Origin: a virus
IMG/VR virus record: IMGVR_UViG_3300045988_048622
Location: 101,990 to 165,989 of that record
Direction: 5' to 3' (one strand)
Length of the DNA stretch: 64,000 nt
Part shown: in pieces, positions 61,850 through 64,000 of the stretch
How the letters are laid out: every line of letters starts with the position of its first letter
Numbering within the stretch: the stretch's first letter is position 1
Translations under genes and position numbers: made by a program
The notes under the pieces: model-generated
Told to the model about the DNA's origin: nothing
Databases searched by the model: none
Seen by the model: the letters and a program-made list of their open reading frames with translations, nothing else

Positions 61850-61925
61850 GATAAAATATAGAAAATCGATTTAGATATAAATCGTAGGATATTACTTCTA
61901 AAAACCGTTGATTGGCAAAAAAGAA

Positions 61926-62024
61926 CTGCTAGTAGGCAGCAACGCGAATAATGGCAGCAATGCAGGTCTCAGCTATTTCAATTCTAACAATGACGTCAGC
62001 AATGCCAATTCCAATGTCGAGTTA
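61926..62024 (+). repeat. DGR template repeat (TR)
   Basis: Adenine-rich, non-coding copy of VR1 and VR2 lying between the target gene and the RT. Confidence 0.8.
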
Positions 62025-62163
62025 TTATATATTTAGAACAATTTATTTTATTTTTTTAGTTTGCTAAGTAATATCCTTGCCTCTAGGCAAAAGATAACGT
62101 AGTGTTGAATGAAGGGTGTTAGTAGGTTAATTCTCGAACGCTTCCGATGAAATATATAAAAAA

Positions 62164-63375
62164 TTGAAACGTGTAGGATATTTGCACGAGAAAGTATACG
62201 CTGAAGATAACATCGAACTAGCTGACGATAAAGCTAGAAGAAATAAGTCTATTAGATGTGGAATCAAGCAGCATGATAAGAATAGATTAAAAGAAAATAA
62301 GGAATTATCCGATAAGTTAAGGGATTTGATTTATCAAACCTCTGAATATAGTACCTTTATAATATACGAACCTAAAGAAAGATTAATCTTTAGACTTCCA
62401 TACTATCCAGATAGAATAACTCACCATGCTATAATGAATATTATGGAGCCTATTTGGACTAGTATATTTATAGACCAAACATATTCCTCTATACGAAATA
62501 GAGGTATTCATAAAGTAGAGTATGATTTGTTTAAGGTGTTATAGAAACATCCAGAAGAAACAAAGTATTGCTTGAAAATGGATATAAAAAAATTCTATCC
62601 TTCTATAACTCACGACATTTTATACGAAATGTTATAGAGAAAGATAAAGGATAAAAAACTATTAAAACTGTTGAAAGAAATAATTTATTCAGCGAAGGGA
62701 GTTCCTATTGGAAATTATCTATCACAATTCTTTGCAAATTTATATCTGACATATTTTGACCACTGGGTAAAAGAGGAGTTAAAATGTAAGTACTACTTTC
62801 GATATGCTGACGATATTGTGATTCTTGGTAATGACAAGAATTATTTGAGAAATGTATTAGTATCTATAAAACTATATTTGAAACAGGTTCTTAACCTAGA
62901 GTTGAAGCCTAATTATCAAATATTCCCTGTAGAAAGCAGAGGTATTGATTTCGTAGGCTATAAATTCTATCATACTCATGTTCTACTGAGAAAATCTATA
63001 AAAATGAGGATGTTTAGGCTTATAAATCTATATAAATAGAATAAGATTGATAAAGATGAATTGAATAGAAGAATGAGGTCTTATTTTGGATGGATGAAAT
63101 TTTGCAACTCTAAGAACTTGCTGAGAAAGGTAGAGGAGTTAACTGGATTGAAATTCTCTAACTGGAATGGAAAAGAAGTTAACATATCTAAGTTTTATAA
63201 TAAATATATTCACATTGTAGAGGTTGTTGATTATGACAATCATTTTCGAGTGCATTTCATGTATAACAATAAACCCTACTATTTTAAAAGTAAGAATAGG
63301 AGATTACACTATTCTTTGCTTAGATACAAATTTCCTATAAATTTTAAAATAACACCTTATGTTAGAGCCGAATAG
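62164..63375 (+). CDS. DGR reverse transcriptase (TAG read as a sense codon)
   Basis: Three ORF-track fragments (62164.., 62671.., 63061..) share one frame and are separated only by TAGs. RT motifs present: IIYEPKERLIFRLPYYPDRI, KMDIKKFYPSITHD, GVPIGNYLSQFFANLYL (the DGR-type SQ motif), YFRYADDIVILG (YxDD). Confidence 0.8.
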
Positions 63376-63382
63376 AATACAA

Positions 63383-63748
63383 ATGAACGTTTGTCCTTAG
63401 GTAATTCAAAAACTTGGGAACGGTACTTATTATTATAATTACGATATAAGAGAAGTTGAGGCTGAAGTTGAAATACTAGATGAGAAAAACAGTACTAAAT
63501 TTGAAACTTAGTACAATTTCATCTAGGTTTTACTTAATGGGCAACCTAATTATAAGGATTGCGTAAGAGCTATTATTAGAAGTTTTATAACCATAGATGA
63601 AGAATTTGATTTAATCAACTCGTATAATAGTTATACAAAAAACCTTAGCACAGATTCTTCTATCATAACAGATTATCAAGAATATCTTACTAAATTAATG
63701 GATATTAAAAACAAAGTCAAAAAAGATTTTGGACTTGTGAATAAATAA
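63383..63748 (+). CDS. hypothetical protein downstream of the RT
   Basis: 121 aa with three TAGs; not Avd-like. Confidence 0.3.
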
Positions 63749-63795
63749 TTTAAAATTGTTAAGTATTGTACTTTACAATATTAAAAATCTAATAA

Positions 63796-64000
63796 ATGGA
63801 AAATTACAAAAATTTAAATTTCTCCGCTGAACAAATAAACCAAAAGCTAGCTTGGGTTGGAGATAAGTCTAAGTTAGCAACTACATTATAGGAGACCCCT
63901 GTAAACTAGTTTATGTTTACTAAAGACTAGAAAACTTTAAAAACTATCATAGACGCAAATAACTAGATAATTACCGTAGAGACTAATGATATGATAACAG
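63796..64000 (+). CDS. hypothetical protein, 5' partial (continues past the window)
   Basis: Begins MENYKNLNFSAEQINQKL and is open through TAGs to the window end. Confidence 0.3.

Noticed and set aside
61850-61925. An accessory variability determinant (Avd) gene between the target and the TR.
   Set aside because: Only about 75 nt separate the target stop from the TR, with no ORF. The 121-aa ORF after the RT (63383-63748) is acidic and does not look like the basic four-helix Avd, so Avd appears absent or encoded elsewhere.
44000-64000. Possibility that TGA or TAA is also reassigned in the structural block.
   Set aside because: TerL ends at TGA and the portal and several structural genes end at TAA, each followed immediately by the next start codon. 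Only TAG occurs in-frame.
1-64000. CRISPR array or other tandem direct-repeat arrays.
   Set aside because: No regularly spaced direct repeats were seen on either strand; the repeated elements found are the VR/TR and the paralogous nuclease-gene blocks.

Overview
This window reads as a Bacteroidota-type phage genome segment (crAss-like or related) in two blocks. Block 1 (about 1-43,700) is almost entirely minus-strand, standard-code early/middle genes: replication helicases and ATPases, RNase H, a PRPP-synthetase-like plus NAMPT-like pair that looks like an NAD+ reconstitution anti-defence module, and two SPFH/flotillin membrane modules (one with NfeD). It also carries an OmpA-like protein, a peptidoglycan hydrolase, an RlmN/Cfr-like radical-SAM enzyme, and a ~20 kb tRNA array of about 25 tRNAs interleaved with homing-endonuclease-like genes (GIY-YIG, HNH and three PD-(D/E)XK paralogs). 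Block 2 (about 44,000-64,000) is plus-strand and TAG-recoded: TerL, portal and structural genes are open only if TAG is read as a sense codon. Two amber-suppressor tRNAs (anticodon CUA) are encoded, one Gln-like on the plus strand at 44584-44655 and a second on the minus strand at 42121-42190. The strongest finding is a complete diversity-generating retroelement (DGR): a target gene with a C-terminal variable region (VR1, 61727-61825), a template repeat (TR, 61926-62024), and a reverse transcriptase (62164-63375) that itself contains in-frame TAGs. A second variable region (VR2) lies about 26.6 kb away on the opposite strand (35079-35182) inside a standard-code gene. All coordinates for TAG-readthrough genes and tRNAs were derived by hand and may be off by a few nucleotides.
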